A stretch of 25,604 bases of DNA from a virus. Lineage: Duplodnaviria > Caudoviricetes. The notes below the pieces were generated by a model. That model was not told the DNA's origin. It saw nothing but the letters and a program-made list of their open reading frames with translations, and did not search any database. Below, piece by piece: positions 15,417-24,467 of this stretch (the stretch's first letter is position 1; each line of letters begins with the position of its first letter). A program made the position numbers and the translations under genes. Location: positions 1 through 25,604 of the IMG/VR virus record IMGVR_UViG_3300012231_000044; one strand, 5' to 3'.

Positions 15417-16552
15417 ACAAAAAAATATTAGCCGCCGTCCACCTCTACCCGCCGAAACACCTTTGCGGCGGGGAGATGTATCTCCACCGCCTCCTGAAGA
15501 AGCTCCAGGGAGAAGGCTGTGAGGTCCGCGTCCTCCTTCTCAACGCCCAGTTTTATGGCATTACCAGGGTCTACGTCTACGACGGGATCGAGGTCTACCC
15601 GAACGATCGGGACGTCATCCTGGCGAACCTGGAATGGACGGACGCCTTCATCACCCATTTAGACTACACCCAGCAAGTAATCGGCTACGGCCTGGTCTAC
15701 AAGAAGCCAGTCATCCACCTGGTCCACAATAATCACCGCCGCCCCGATATTCTCCAGGAGAGGATCGGCCAGGCGATAATCTATAACAGCGAGCACGTCG
15801 CCCGCTCGATCGACTACCCCTTCCCTTCCATCGTCCTCCATCCCCCCTGCAACTGGAGGGACTGGGACGATGACCAGGATCACAGCCAGGCGGACTTCAT
15901 CACCCTGGTGAACCTGGACGGGAACAAGGGCGGGAAGATCCTCACCCAGATCGCCCTGGCCATGCCGGACAAGCGCTTCCTGGGCGTGACCGGGAGCTAC
16001 TCCTCCCCACCGGAGGAAGGCCAGCACGTCCGCCAGCCCGCTAACGTGACCGTGATCCCCAAGACTTCCAGGATGAAGTCCGAGGTCTATGGGCGGACCA
16101 GGATCCTGATCGCCCCGTCTAAATATGAGAGCTGGGGGATGGTGATGACTGAGGCGATGGCCTCCGGGATCCCCGTGATCGCCACCGCCCTCCCTGGGCC
16201 GATGGAGAACTGTGGGGAGGCCGGGACCTACATCGAAGACCGTGAAGACATTGACGCCTGGATCCGAGCCATTAGGTCCACGGAAAACCAAACAACCTAC
16301 CACGAGAAGGCCCTGGCGGCGAGACAGAGATCCAGGGAACTGGATCCTGAAGTCGAGCTACAGGTCGCCGCCGACTGGATTAAAAAAGTTAGTTATTTTC
16401 ATTTACTACAGTCTGAAAGGGGGACCGTCTCTACGGCCGCCCCTATTATTTCAAACAGATCCAAGGATGGAAAATTTACCAAGAAAGAAGCCGGAGCGAA
16501 GCCACCAGCCCAAGCGGGAGCGAAGTCACCGGCCAAAAAAGCAACAGCATGA
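15413..16552 (+). CDS. Glycosyltransferase, GT-B fold (GT4 / group 1)
   Basis: YPP...GGE N-terminal loop, NKGG, PSKYESWGMVMTEAMASGIPVI (EX7E signature). Confidence 0.9.
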   Translation: MNKKILAAVHLYPPKHLCGGEMYLHRLLKKLQGEGCEVRVLLLNAQFYGITRVYVYDGIEVYPNDRDVILANLEWTDAFITHLDYTQQVIGYGLVYKKPVIHLVHNNHRRPDILQERIGQAIIYNSEHVARSIDYPFPSIVLHPPCNWRDWDDDQDHSQADFITLVNLDGNKGGKILTQIALAMPDKRFLGVTGSYSSPPEEGQHVRQPANVTVIPKTSRMKSEVYGRTRILIAPSKYESWGMVMTEAMASGIPVIATALPGPMENCGEAGTYIEDREDIDAWIRAIRSTENQTTYHEKALAARQRSRELDPEVELQVAADWIKKVSYFHLLQSERGTVSTAAPIISNRSKDGKFTKKEAGAKPPAQAGAKSPAKKATA

Positions 16553-17094
16553 ACACAATAATAAGTTTACCGATCGTGACCACCGACCTGGCGACCGAGC
16601 CGGTGACCCTCCAGGAAGCCAAGGACTGGATGGCCGTGAAGACGACCGAGGAGGATGACATCATCGAGGACCTGATCACCAGAGCCCGCCAGATGGTGGA
16701 AAAATACACCGGGCTGAGCTTCGGGGAGAAGGAGATCACCGCCGTGATCCACGCCGATGGCTGTGGGACGCCCTACGCCTTGCCCTATGGGCCGACGATC
16801 TCCATCACCTCAGTCCTGAACCGCGTGGCCTTCAGCTCCTCGGAGGTGATGGTGGACGGCCAGGACTACCAGCTCCAGGCTGGCCTCTTTGTGTGCAGGG
16901 TCGCGGGCCTGATGGAGATCATCTACCAGGCGGGCTTCCTGGTCCTACCGGAAGAACTGAAGGGGGACATCCTCAGGGTGGTCGCCTGGCTCTTCCAGAA
17001 CAGGGGGATCCGCTTCGAGGCCGACACCGAGCCGCTTCCCTTCCCTGAGTGGAACAGCCTGGCCGCTAACAAGTACGTTCAAACCGTCGTATAA
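16549..17094 (+). CDS. Head-tail connector/adaptor (gp6-like)
   Basis: EPVTLQEAKDW, EDDIIEDLITRARQMVEKYTG, LPYGP, YQAGF..LPEELK..IL..VAWLFQNRG. Confidence 0.88.
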   Translation: MNTIISLPIVTTDLATEPVTLQEAKDWMAVKTTEEDDIIEDLITRARQMVEKYTGLSFGEKEITAVIHADGCGTPYALPYGPTISITSVLNRVAFSSSEVMVDGQDYQLQAGLFVCRVAGLMEIIYQAGFLVLPEELKGDILRVVAWLFQNRGIRFEADTEPLPFPEWNSLAANKYVQTVV

Positions 17095-17544
17095 ATGAGC
17101 AGTAAACAGAAGCCGATCACGATCACCTCCAAGGACATCACGACGATGTCTAACAAGCTCCGCCGCCTGGGCCCGACCTATGCCAGGATCGTGGAGATGG
17201 AGATCGCGGCCACAGCTGTGGACATCGAGAGGATGGCCAGCCAATGGGCGCCGATCGACAAGGGCTTCCTGAGGAACTCCATCAAGGCTTCCAAGATGGC
17301 CAGCTCCACCTGGAAGGTGAGCGCTCAGGTATTTTACGCGGCCTTTATGGAATTTGGGACCGGGACGATGGTGGAGATCCCCCGCGGGATGGAAGCCTAC
17401 GCCAAGGACTTTATGGCTCCCAGGCCCGTGAAGATGGAAGTGAACATCCCCGCCAGGCCCTTCTTCTTCCCGGCTTACCGGAAGGGGATCAAGGACCTCC
17501 AGGGACGCCTGGCCGATGAACTGAAACGAGCAACACAAAAGTAA
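17095..17544 (+). CDS. HK97 gp10-like neck/tail-completion protein
   Basis: APIDKGFLRNSI, YAAFMEFGT, PARPFFFPA. Confidence 0.9.
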   Translation: MSSKQKPITITSKDITTMSNKLRRLGPTYARIVEMEIAATAVDIERMASQWAPIDKGFLRNSIKASKMASSTWKVSAQVFYAAFMEFGTGTMVEIPRGMEAYAKDFMAPRPVKMEVNIPARPFFFPAYRKGIKDLQGRLADELKRATQK

Positions 17545-17547
17545 AAT

Positions 17548-17970
17548 ATGAAGGATCCAGCTGAGTCAATAACGAACATTTACGCGGGCCTCCTGGGCGG
17601 GCTGACCTATGGAGGCCAGGCCGTTCCCTTTTTTACCAGCGAGCCCTGGCAGTCGGTCCCCGATTACTTCGTCACCCTGCAAAATATTGAGATGAGCCCG
17701 GAGAACGACGACGCCCGCTTCAGATCTGTGGCGACCGTGACCCTGGACATCGTGACCAAGATGACCGGACAGAACACCAGGACCCAGGCGAACGCGATCG
17801 CCACCCAGATCCTCCAGGCCCTCCTTCCAGGAACAGGCCACCAGGACGGGGACTTCGATGTCTGGATCCGGGAAGCCTCCAGCCCTGGCTTCCTACATAG
17901 CCAAAAAGGACCTGTTAATATCAATCGTAAGATCTTAAATATCGATAATTACATCACCGAAAAAACGTAA
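17548..17970 (+). CDS. Probable tail terminator/completion protein
   Basis: 140 aa, located between the gp10-like gene and the tail tube gene; VTLDIVT then helix ANAIATQILQAL. Confidence 0.7.
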   Translation: MKDPAESITNIYAGLLGGLTYGGQAVPFFTSEPWQSVPDYFVTLQNIEMSPENDDARFRSVATVTLDIVTKMTGQNTRTQANAIATQILQALLPGTGHQDGDFDVWIREASSPGFLHSQKGPVNINRKILNIDNYITEKT

Positions 17971-17974
17971 AACT

Positions 17975-18406
17975 ATGAGTGCAGTCCCTGGGCGGCTTGT
18001 CCCCCTCCTTCTATCATTTGACGGCGGCGCCACCTACAAGACGCTGATCTGTTTACAACAATTCGACGAGGCGATCGACGCCCCGATCGACGAACAGGAA
18101 ACAGATTGTGGGAAGGTCACATCGCCGGGAACCATCGGCGCCGTGGTGAACTTCCAAGCTATTTGTGAGACGAATCCGTCGGCGTCTCAATGTACCCTCC
18201 AGGATTGCAAGCTGGCGATCAAGGCGGGGACCCTGGTCTGGGTGAAGTATCAGAACCCAGCCGACGACTATGTGGCGGAGGGCGAGGCCTTCTTCAGCAA
18301 TTACGCCGCTTATTTGTCCAACGTGACCACGACCAAGGTGACAGCTCAGGCCATCGCCTTCAGCGGCACGATCAACTCGACCGGCGACATCGACGTGGAA
18401 GTATAA
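17975..18406 (+). CDS. Tail tube (major tail) protein
   Basis: 143 aa beta-rich, LICL...ETDCG...FSGTINSTG, directly upstream of the chaperone genes. Confidence 0.78.
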   Translation: MSAVPGRLVPLLLSFDGGATYKTLICLQQFDEAIDAPIDEQETDCGKVTSPGTIGAVVNFQAICETNPSASQCTLQDCKLAIKAGTLVWVKYQNPADDYVAEGEAFFSNYAAYLSNVTTTKVTAQAIAFSGTINSTGDIDVEV

Positions 18407-18423
18407 CTTTTAAAACTGTAGTA

Positions 18424-18891
18424 ATGAACAATAACGAACAACCGCAAACCGGCGGATATATCCGCGCCTACATCCTGGGCGAGGACCGGGGCCTGAAGTT
18501 TGGGAACCTGGCGGCCGAGAACATCATGGTCAAGCTCACCCAGCTGGGGATCGCCACCGGGGGCGCTAACTACTCCGGGGCGATGATCTCCACCATCATT
18601 TACTGGGGCCTCTTCTGTAACTGTATAGCCAAGGAAGAGACGCCGGACTTCTCCTTCGAGGACGTGATGGACTGGGTCGATGACGTGACCGATGAGCCGA
18701 CGCCGGAGACCGCTGAGCTCCTCACCAGGATCGTGAGAACTTACGAGGATAGCAAGGCGGCGAGGAGCGTGATGACCAAGCTGGAGAAAGCCGTCGAGGA
18801 AATAAAAAAAAAGGGGGCGGAGATCCAGGGCCAGATCTCGGCACTAGAGAAGGATGGGAACACCTCCGGGGGATCGCCCTCGGAGAGCTAG
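18424..18891 (+). CDS. Tail assembly chaperone (gpG-like)
   Basis: Start at 18424 after an A-rich leader; contains a slippery A9G run; lies between tube and tape measure genes. Confidence 0.82.
   Translation: MNNNEQPQTGGYIRAYILGEDRGLKFGNLAAENIMVKLTQLGIATGGANYSGAMISTIIYWGLFCNCIAKEETPDFSFEDVMDWVDDVTDEPTPETAELLTRIVRTYEDSKAARSVMTKLEKAVEEIKKKGAEIQGQISALEKDGNTSGGSPSES
18804..18813 (+). other. Programmed -1 ribosomal frameshift site (A AAA AAG)
   Basis: In-frame ATA AAA AAA AAG. The -1 frame is open from here through ORF 18918..19178. Confidence 0.85.
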
Positions 18892-19178
18892 GGATCACCG
18901 AGAAGGACTACTTCACGATGACCCTGGGGAGCCTTCTCCTGGCTTACGACCGCCGCAAGGATAACCTGGAGCGCCAGGACCTGGAAGCCTGGAGGCGGAC
19001 CCGCTGGCTGGGCTTCGTGATGGTCCGCCTGATGGGAGACCCTAAGAGTGCACCCGCTACGCCTGAGGGCCTTTTACAGCTCCGTGGCGACGAGCCAGAG
19101 AACAGCCCGATCAATGGCAGCCCAGAGGAACAAAGGGCCTTTTTTGAGGATCTGAGAGCCCAAGGGTGGGCAATTTAA
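18813..19178 (+). CDS. Frameshifted tail chaperone extension (gpT-like)
   Basis: -1 frame reads GGGDPGPDLGTREGWEHLRGIALGELGITEKDYFTMTLGSLL...AWRRTRW with no stop before 19178. Confidence 0.8.
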   Translation, partial: GGGDPGPDLGTREGWEHLRGIALGELGITEKDYFTMTLGSLLLAYDRRKDNLERQDLEAWRRTRWLGFVMVRLMGDPKSAPATPEGLLQLRGDEPENSPINGSPEEQRAFFEDLRAQGWAI

Positions 19179-19188
19179 AAAGATAACT

Positions 19189-21336
19189 ATGGAACAAGCG
19201 CTGGAGATAGTCATCAAGGGGGACGTGGTCCAGGTCACCAAAAGCCTGGACGACCTCCAAAAAGAGTTCACCGCCCTGGAGAAACAACTGAAGACCAAGA
19301 CCGGCCAGGCCTTCGTCGATGCCAACAAGGAGCTGGACAAGCTCAGGATCACGATGGACAAGGTCAAGAACATCGGCCGGACCGGCTTCGATAAGTTTGG
19401 AGACTCCGCTGACCAGGCTGGCAAAGGGATCAAGAAGGTGGGAGCCGCCGCTGGCGACGCCGCCCCGGCCCTGGCTTCTATGGGCCAGGTCGCCAGGGAT
19501 CTCCCCTTCGGCTTCATCGCGATCCAGAACAACCTCCCGATTATGGCCGATCAGTTCACTAACCTGATCAAGGCCTCCAAGGGCGTCGGCGGAGCGCTGA
19601 AGGCCCTGGGTGGCGCCCTCCTGGGACCCGCGGGGATTTCCTTCGCCCTGGGCGCGATCATCGCCCTGGTGACTGGCCTGATAAACAAATATGGATCCCT
19701 GGGCAACGCCATCGACGAGCTCTTCAAAAGCGAGAGCAAACACGCCAAGCTGATGAAGGAGGTCGCTGAGGTGAACAAGGCCGCCGGCGAAGCCGCCGGG
19801 ACTGAGATCGCCCGCTTCCGCTTCCTGGCGGACACCATGCAGAACACCGCCCTGGCGATGGACGTCCGAACGGACGCCATGAAGAAGATGAAGGACGAAT
19901 ATGGTGTTTATCTCCAGAACCTAAAGGACGAGGATCTCCTCAATGGGGACCTGAAGAAGTCGACCGAGGACGTGACCACCGCCCTGATCGCCAAGGCTGT
20001 GGCCACCGCCGCCGTCGCCAAGGCCAGCGCCCTATCCGGCCAGATCGCGGCCAACACCCTCCAGGACGCGGAGGATCTGAAGGAGATCACCAGACTCCAG
20101 GCGGTCGCGGACAAACAGGCCGCCAGTACTCAGGGCAAGGCCGAGACCTCAGGGGCCGCCGGGACCAGGAGAGACATCGAAGCCCTGAAGGCTTCCATCG
20201 TCACCAGGCAGAAGGAGAACAAGGTCCTGGAGGAAAATATCGCCTTCTTCCTGAACCTGGCCCAAGCCAAGAACCAGGCAGCCGGAGCTGGGGCCATCTC
20301 AGAGGACAGCCCGGAAGAGCGGGCCGCCAAGGAGAAGGCCGCCAGGGACAAGATCCAGGCCGCCAAGGATAAGGAGGACCGCGAGCGCCTGGCAGCGGAG
20401 AAGAAGATCCAGGAGATCCAGAAGGGAAGGATCCAGGCAGAACTGAAGGGGATCAATGACCAGATAAAAAAGGTCGGCGAGCTCACCCAGGCCTGGCTAT
20501 CCCTGGGACTGTCCAGGATCGACATGGAGGAACAGCTGGCCCTGATCGGAGAGACTGATCCCCAGACCATCCAGACGATCAAGGATAACGCCAAGGCGGC
20601 CAGGAAGGCCCTGGTGGAAGCCTTCAAGACCAACCGGACCACCGCCGGGAAGCTAGACTTTACTTCCATCTTCGACCTGGATCCTGTGGCCGCTGGTAAG
20701 CGCTGGGCGGACTTCCTGAAGGAGGTCAAGGCCAACGCCGCCAGGGGAGCGAGCACCGCCCCGGATCTCCCCGAAGGACCGCTCCAGCAAAAGATCCCCG
20801 AACAGAAGAAGGAGATCCGCCTCAGCGACTCAGCGAGTAAGGCCGTCCAGACAATGATCAGCGACCTGGCCCTGATGACGACTAAGACGGAAGCGGCGGC
20901 CAGCGCCTTCGCCACCGTCCTGGCCCCGGCCATCGACGCCGCCTTCGGCGCCCTGGCGGAAGGTAGGAACGTGATCCAGCAAGTCGGTGAAGCGATGAAG
21001 CGCCTGGTGATCCAGATCGCCGCGACCGTGGTGAAGGCCGCGATCCTGGCGGCCATCCTTTCGGTGATCTCCGGAGGATCCGCCAACGCGGCCAAGGGAG
21101 GGAAGAGCTTCGGCGAGTTTTTCACCGGGATGTTGAAGGGCCTGGCCCAGGCCAAGAGCTCCACCGGGGGCGCTGGTGCGGGCTTCACCGGAGCCGCTTC
21201 CTCAGCCCTCACCCCATCCTTCTCCGGCTTCGGTGGAGGGATGGCCATCCAGATCACGGGCGAGCTGACTGGACGCGGGACGGACCTGGTCGCCACCTTA
21301 GACAATGCGAACGCTAGAATAAGAAGAACCGGATAA
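19189..21336 (+). CDS. Tail tape measure protein
   Basis: 715 aa, Ala/Lys/Gly-rich and helical, QVARDLPFGFIAIQNNLP, hydrophobic patches, follows the chaperones. Confidence 0.9.
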   Translation: MEQALEIVIKGDVVQVTKSLDDLQKEFTALEKQLKTKTGQAFVDANKELDKLRITMDKVKNIGRTGFDKFGDSADQAGKGIKKVGAAAGDAAPALASMGQVARDLPFGFIAIQNNLPIMADQFTNLIKASKGVGGALKALGGALLGPAGISFALGAIIALVTGLINKYGSLGNAIDELFKSESKHAKLMKEVAEVNKAAGEAAGTEIARFRFLADTMQNTALAMDVRTDAMKKMKDEYGVYLQNLKDEDLLNGDLKKSTEDVTTALIAKAVATAAVAKASALSGQIAANTLQDAEDLKEITRLQAVADKQAASTQGKAETSGAAGTRRDIEALKASIVTRQKENKVLEENIAFFLNLAQAKNQAAGAGAISEDSPEERAAKEKAARDKIQAAKDKEDRERLAAEKKIQEIQKGRIQAELKGINDQIKKVGELTQAWLSLGLSRIDMEEQLALIGETDPQTIQTIKDNAKAARKALVEAFKTNRTTAGKLDFTSIFDLDPVAAGKRWADFLKEVKANAARGASTAPDLPEGPLQQKIPEQKKEIRLSDSASKAVQTMISDLALMTTKTEAAASAFATVLAPAIDAAFGALAEGRNVIQQVGEAMKRLVIQIAATVVKAAILAAILSVISGGSANAAKGGKSFGEFFTGMLKGLAQAKSSTGGAGAGFTGAASSALTPSFSGFGGGMAIQITGELTGRGTDLVATLDNANARIRRTG

Positions 21337-21339
21337 AAT

Positions 21340-23307
21340 ATGAGCTACCCTTCAGGAACTTACGCCGAGAAGTATAGGATGACCTTCTTCACTCCGGAAG
21401 GCGACACGGCCACCGTCCGCTTCCGCTACCGGGACGCGGGCCTGGGGCTGATCGCCCACCTGGATCCTGGCGCCAGGCCCTTCGTGATCTCCGAGTTTAA
21501 CGGATCCGGGGATCTGTTTAAGCATACCCGCGGGATGATGGCCACGATCCAGATCGTGAACACGAACGGGATCCAGATGGATGACTTCATCGCCGCCGAG
21601 GACGCGGAGATCGTGGTCGACCTGGAGATTAATGGCTCCCTCTTCTGGCGCGGGATGCTGATCCAGGACGACTTTGAAGAGCCTTGGAGCGACCGGGCTC
21701 ACTACATAAACCTCCGGGCCACCGATGGCCTGGGGACCATCTTCGGGGAGCTGGAGCTCCCAGCTACCGGCGGCCAGGGGACCATGCTGGACTACCTGGC
21801 GGTCGCCCTGTGGGATCTCCCGAACAGCCTACCCCTGACAGTAAGCCGATATTATGCTTGCAACCTCTTCTATGAAGGGATGAACGACCGGGCCGATGGA
21901 ACCTACACCCCCCTGGACCAGGTCACCACCGACGTGAGGACCTTCCAGGGCGACAACCGGGCCAAGACCCTGGAGAAGATCCTCCAGGCCTGGGGGATGA
22001 CCGTCTTCCAGGTGGCGGGCTCCTGGAACTTCATCCGCCTGGAGGAATACCTGAGCGGCAACCCGATCAAGTTTATCAGGATCGGGGCGGTCACCAGGAC
22101 GAACATCACCCCGGCGGACAACTTCATCCAGGTCGGTAATAATGAGAACGTGAAGGTCCTGGCTCCTGATATGCTTCGGGGGATCCGCCGGCCCTTCACC
22201 AAGACCAAGGTGAAGTTTTTCTACCACTACCCCGACGAGATCTTCTGTAACCAGACTTTCCAGGCTGGCGCCGTGATCATCCCGACCCTCGTCACCTTCG
22301 AGATCGACTGCTGGACCCTGGAACAGGCCCCGCTCAATGACGCCCCGGCCGCCAGCTCCGCCGACTGGTGGAGGGAAGAGGAGAAGGACGTGGACGGGAA
22401 CATCCTGGATAATTACGCCTATATCGGGCCGGCCGCCCTGGAGACCTGGATGACCTCCCAGCCGATGTATCTGAGTAAGGAGGACGCCTTCGACTTCTCC
22501 GTCGAATACAAGAACAGCGAGCCCACCAGCACGACCGTGAACATCGCGATCATCCAGTTCTGGGGAGACTCAGGCCAGCGCTACACGATGGACGACGATG
22601 GTGTATGGATCCCGGCCACAGGGATCTGGAGCGGGATGATCCAGCACCTGACCCTCGTCTACGCCACAGGAGAGAGCGCCCTGGACTGGAAGCAATACGC
22701 CCAGCGGTCCAAGAAGGTCCCAGAGCCTGGCTATGTGGTGATCCGCCTGGCCCACGCCGTCGGGGCCGCCGACTCGGTCCAGTTCAGGAACCTGGAGATC
22801 GAGATCCGGGAAGCCTCCAAGCTCCCCGGCGTGATCGGCGACTTCGACCGCTACACGATCCCCCAGTTCTGGGCCCAGGACTACGAGGAGGAGATCTTCC
22901 TGGACGACACGAACAACCGCCAACACAGGGGCGCCCTCTTCTTCGCGGGCCAGCTTACCGGAGATCGCTGGTATCGGATGGACTACCCAGCCGAGCGGCT
23001 GACCTTTAAGCGCCACAAGGCGATCAGCCTGATGTTACAACACCAGCGGATCAGGATGAAGCTGGAGGTGGTGATGCTGGGGCTGAAGCGACCCGACGGG
23101 ACGCCGCTGTGGATCCATAACCGGATCGTCTTCGTGGACGACGCCCCTGGTAAAAAGTTTATGATCGCGAACCTGAAGGAGATGGACTTCGCGAGCGGCC
23201 GCTGGTCGGCCACCCTGGTGGAGATCTGGGACGACGTCCTGGACTCCACCGACGACTCACTCTACCCTCCGCATGACTTTGCTAACATTTACGAGAAAGA
23301 TGTGTAA
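21340..23307 (+). CDS. Distal tail/tail-tip hub protein
   Basis: 655 aa, directly after the tape measure gene, aromatic and beta-rich, FWRG...LRATDGLG. Confidence 0.7.
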   Translation: MSYPSGTYAEKYRMTFFTPEGDTATVRFRYRDAGLGLIAHLDPGARPFVISEFNGSGDLFKHTRGMMATIQIVNTNGIQMDDFIAAEDAEIVVDLEINGSLFWRGMLIQDDFEEPWSDRAHYINLRATDGLGTIFGELELPATGGQGTMLDYLAVALWDLPNSLPLTVSRYYACNLFYEGMNDRADGTYTPLDQVTTDVRTFQGDNRAKTLEKILQAWGMTVFQVAGSWNFIRLEEYLSGNPIKFIRIGAVTRTNITPADNFIQVGNNENVKVLAPDMLRGIRRPFTKTKVKFFYHYPDEIFCNQTFQAGAVIIPTLVTFEIDCWTLEQAPLNDAPAASSADWWREEEKDVDGNILDNYAYIGPAALETWMTSQPMYLSKEDAFDFSVEYKNSEPTSTTVNIAIIQFWGDSGQRYTMDDDGVWIPATGIWSGMIQHLTLVYATGESALDWKQYAQRSKKVPEPGYVVIRLAHAVGAADSVQFRNLEIEIREASKLPGVIGDFDRYTIPQFWAQDYEEEIFLDDTNNRQHRGALFFAGQLTGDRWYRMDYPAERLTFKRHKAISLMLQHQRIRMKLEVVMLGLKRPDGTPLWIHNRIVFVDDAPGKKFMIANLKEMDFASGRWSATLVEIWDDVLDSTDDSLYPPHDFANIYEKDV

Positions 23308-23313
23308 ATCTTT

Positions 23314-23346
23314 TTTGCCCCAGATCTGAGCGCCTGGCTAAATTAG
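23314..23346 (+). promoter_or_regulatory. Candidate Bacteroidota-type promoter (-33 and -7 elements)
   Basis: TTTG 23314-23317, 21-bp spacer, TAAATTAG 23339-23346, 4 nt before ATG 23351. Confidence 0.5.
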
Positions 23347-23350
23347 GGCT

Positions 23351-24148
23351 ATGGCTGACGTCGTTCGTGGTAAATTTTGCATCCTCTACATGAAGCTGGG
23401 CTCGGTTTACTACCCGATAGCTTGCACCCAGACCGTGGAGATCATCACCTCCGTGGAGATGCTGGAGCTAGCGCCCAGGACGGCGGGAGACTTCCCTGAC
23501 TTTGAATATGGAAAATTTAATGGACAGATCTCCGGGACCGGGCTGACCAAGATCGTCACCTCCCCGGATAACCTCTACACGATTTTTGACATCTTCAGCT
23601 ATCAATGGAACAAGCAGAAGGTCCTGGTGAAGTATGTTATCGAGGATCCCCAGGGGAACATCAAGGTCTTCGAGGTGCTTTGCCTGATCCAGTCGGTCGG
23701 CCTTTCCAAGAGCTCCGGGGCCATGCTGGGCCAGAACTTCAGCCTACTGATGAGCGGCCAGCCCGTGATCACGACCACGCCGGTCGCTAACGAGAACCCC
23801 CAGATCCTGACCGCTGAGTTCACCGCCACCGGGGGAGAGACTTCCCTGGATATGTCGGCTGTGTTCGTGAGCGACTCGGTGACCATCCTGGTCTTCTATC
23901 TGAACGGGCTCAGCAAGGCCGTGAAGATCTACCCGGCGGGCTATACGTCCGACCAGGTGAGTTACAACGAGGCGACCCAGGTCTTCACCTGGATCACTCC
24001 GCTGACCGCTGGAGACTACATAAAAATATTATACATTGACGTGGACAGCGTCCCCATCCCGCCGCCAGAGATCCCGGTCACCGCCAGGGACATCGGCGAC
24101 GGCGACGTGAGAGTGGACGGATCTGGAGACTATAGAATATACAGCTAG
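23351..24148 (+). CDS. Tail protein with a tail-tube-like N-terminal domain and a C-terminal beta-sandwich extension
   Basis: First ~135 aa (VRG..CILY...PIAC...E..E...ISGTGL...FSLLMSG) parallel the tube-protein pattern; Pro-rich segment near the C-terminus. Confidence 0.6.
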   Translation: MADVVRGKFCILYMKLGSVYYPIACTQTVEIITSVEMLELAPRTAGDFPDFEYGKFNGQISGTGLTKIVTSPDNLYTIFDIFSYQWNKQKVLVKYVIEDPQGNIKVFEVLCLIQSVGLSKSSGAMLGQNFSLLMSGQPVITTTPVANENPQILTAEFTATGGETSLDMSAVFVSDSVTILVFYLNGLSKAVKIYPAGYTSDQVSYNEATQVFTWITPLTAGDYIKILYIDVDSVPIPPPEIPVTARDIGDGDVRVDGSGDYRIYS

Positions 24149-24457
24149 ATGGTGGCAGCTATTCAATATCAATTCAAGGGAACCGAGACCGGGCCGGTCT
24201 ACATCCACCCGATGGGTGGCCACCGATGTCTGGACGTGATCTTTAAGGGCGAGAGCCTGGAGATCGGTCCAGCTTGCACCGTGGACGAGGAGACCGGGGC
24301 CGTCCAGGTCCTCCTGGCCATCGCCAGGACGGACGAGCTCCTGGTCCTGTTTGTGACCAAGCCCTGGTTTGATACTGGCGAAGTTGAGCCACCACCATCG
24401 GGAGGCGGGACGGACTTCGTGATCGGGGACGGGGACTTTAGTGGAGATTTTTATTAA
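24149..24457 (+). CDS. Hypothetical tail-associated protein, 102 aa
   Basis: Abuts the previous stop; ends in PPPSGGG...GDGDFSGDFY. Confidence 0.65.
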   Translation: MVAAIQYQFKGTETGPVYIHPMGGHRCLDVIFKGESLEIGPACTVDEETGAVQVLLAIARTDELLVLFVTKPWFDTGEVEPPPSGGGTDFVIGDGDFSGDFY

Positions 24458-24467
24458 ATTTAGAGCT

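Noticed and set aside
18190-18423. N-terminal part of track ORF 18190..18891
   Set aside because: Overlaps the tail tube gene out of frame; an A-rich leader supports 18424.
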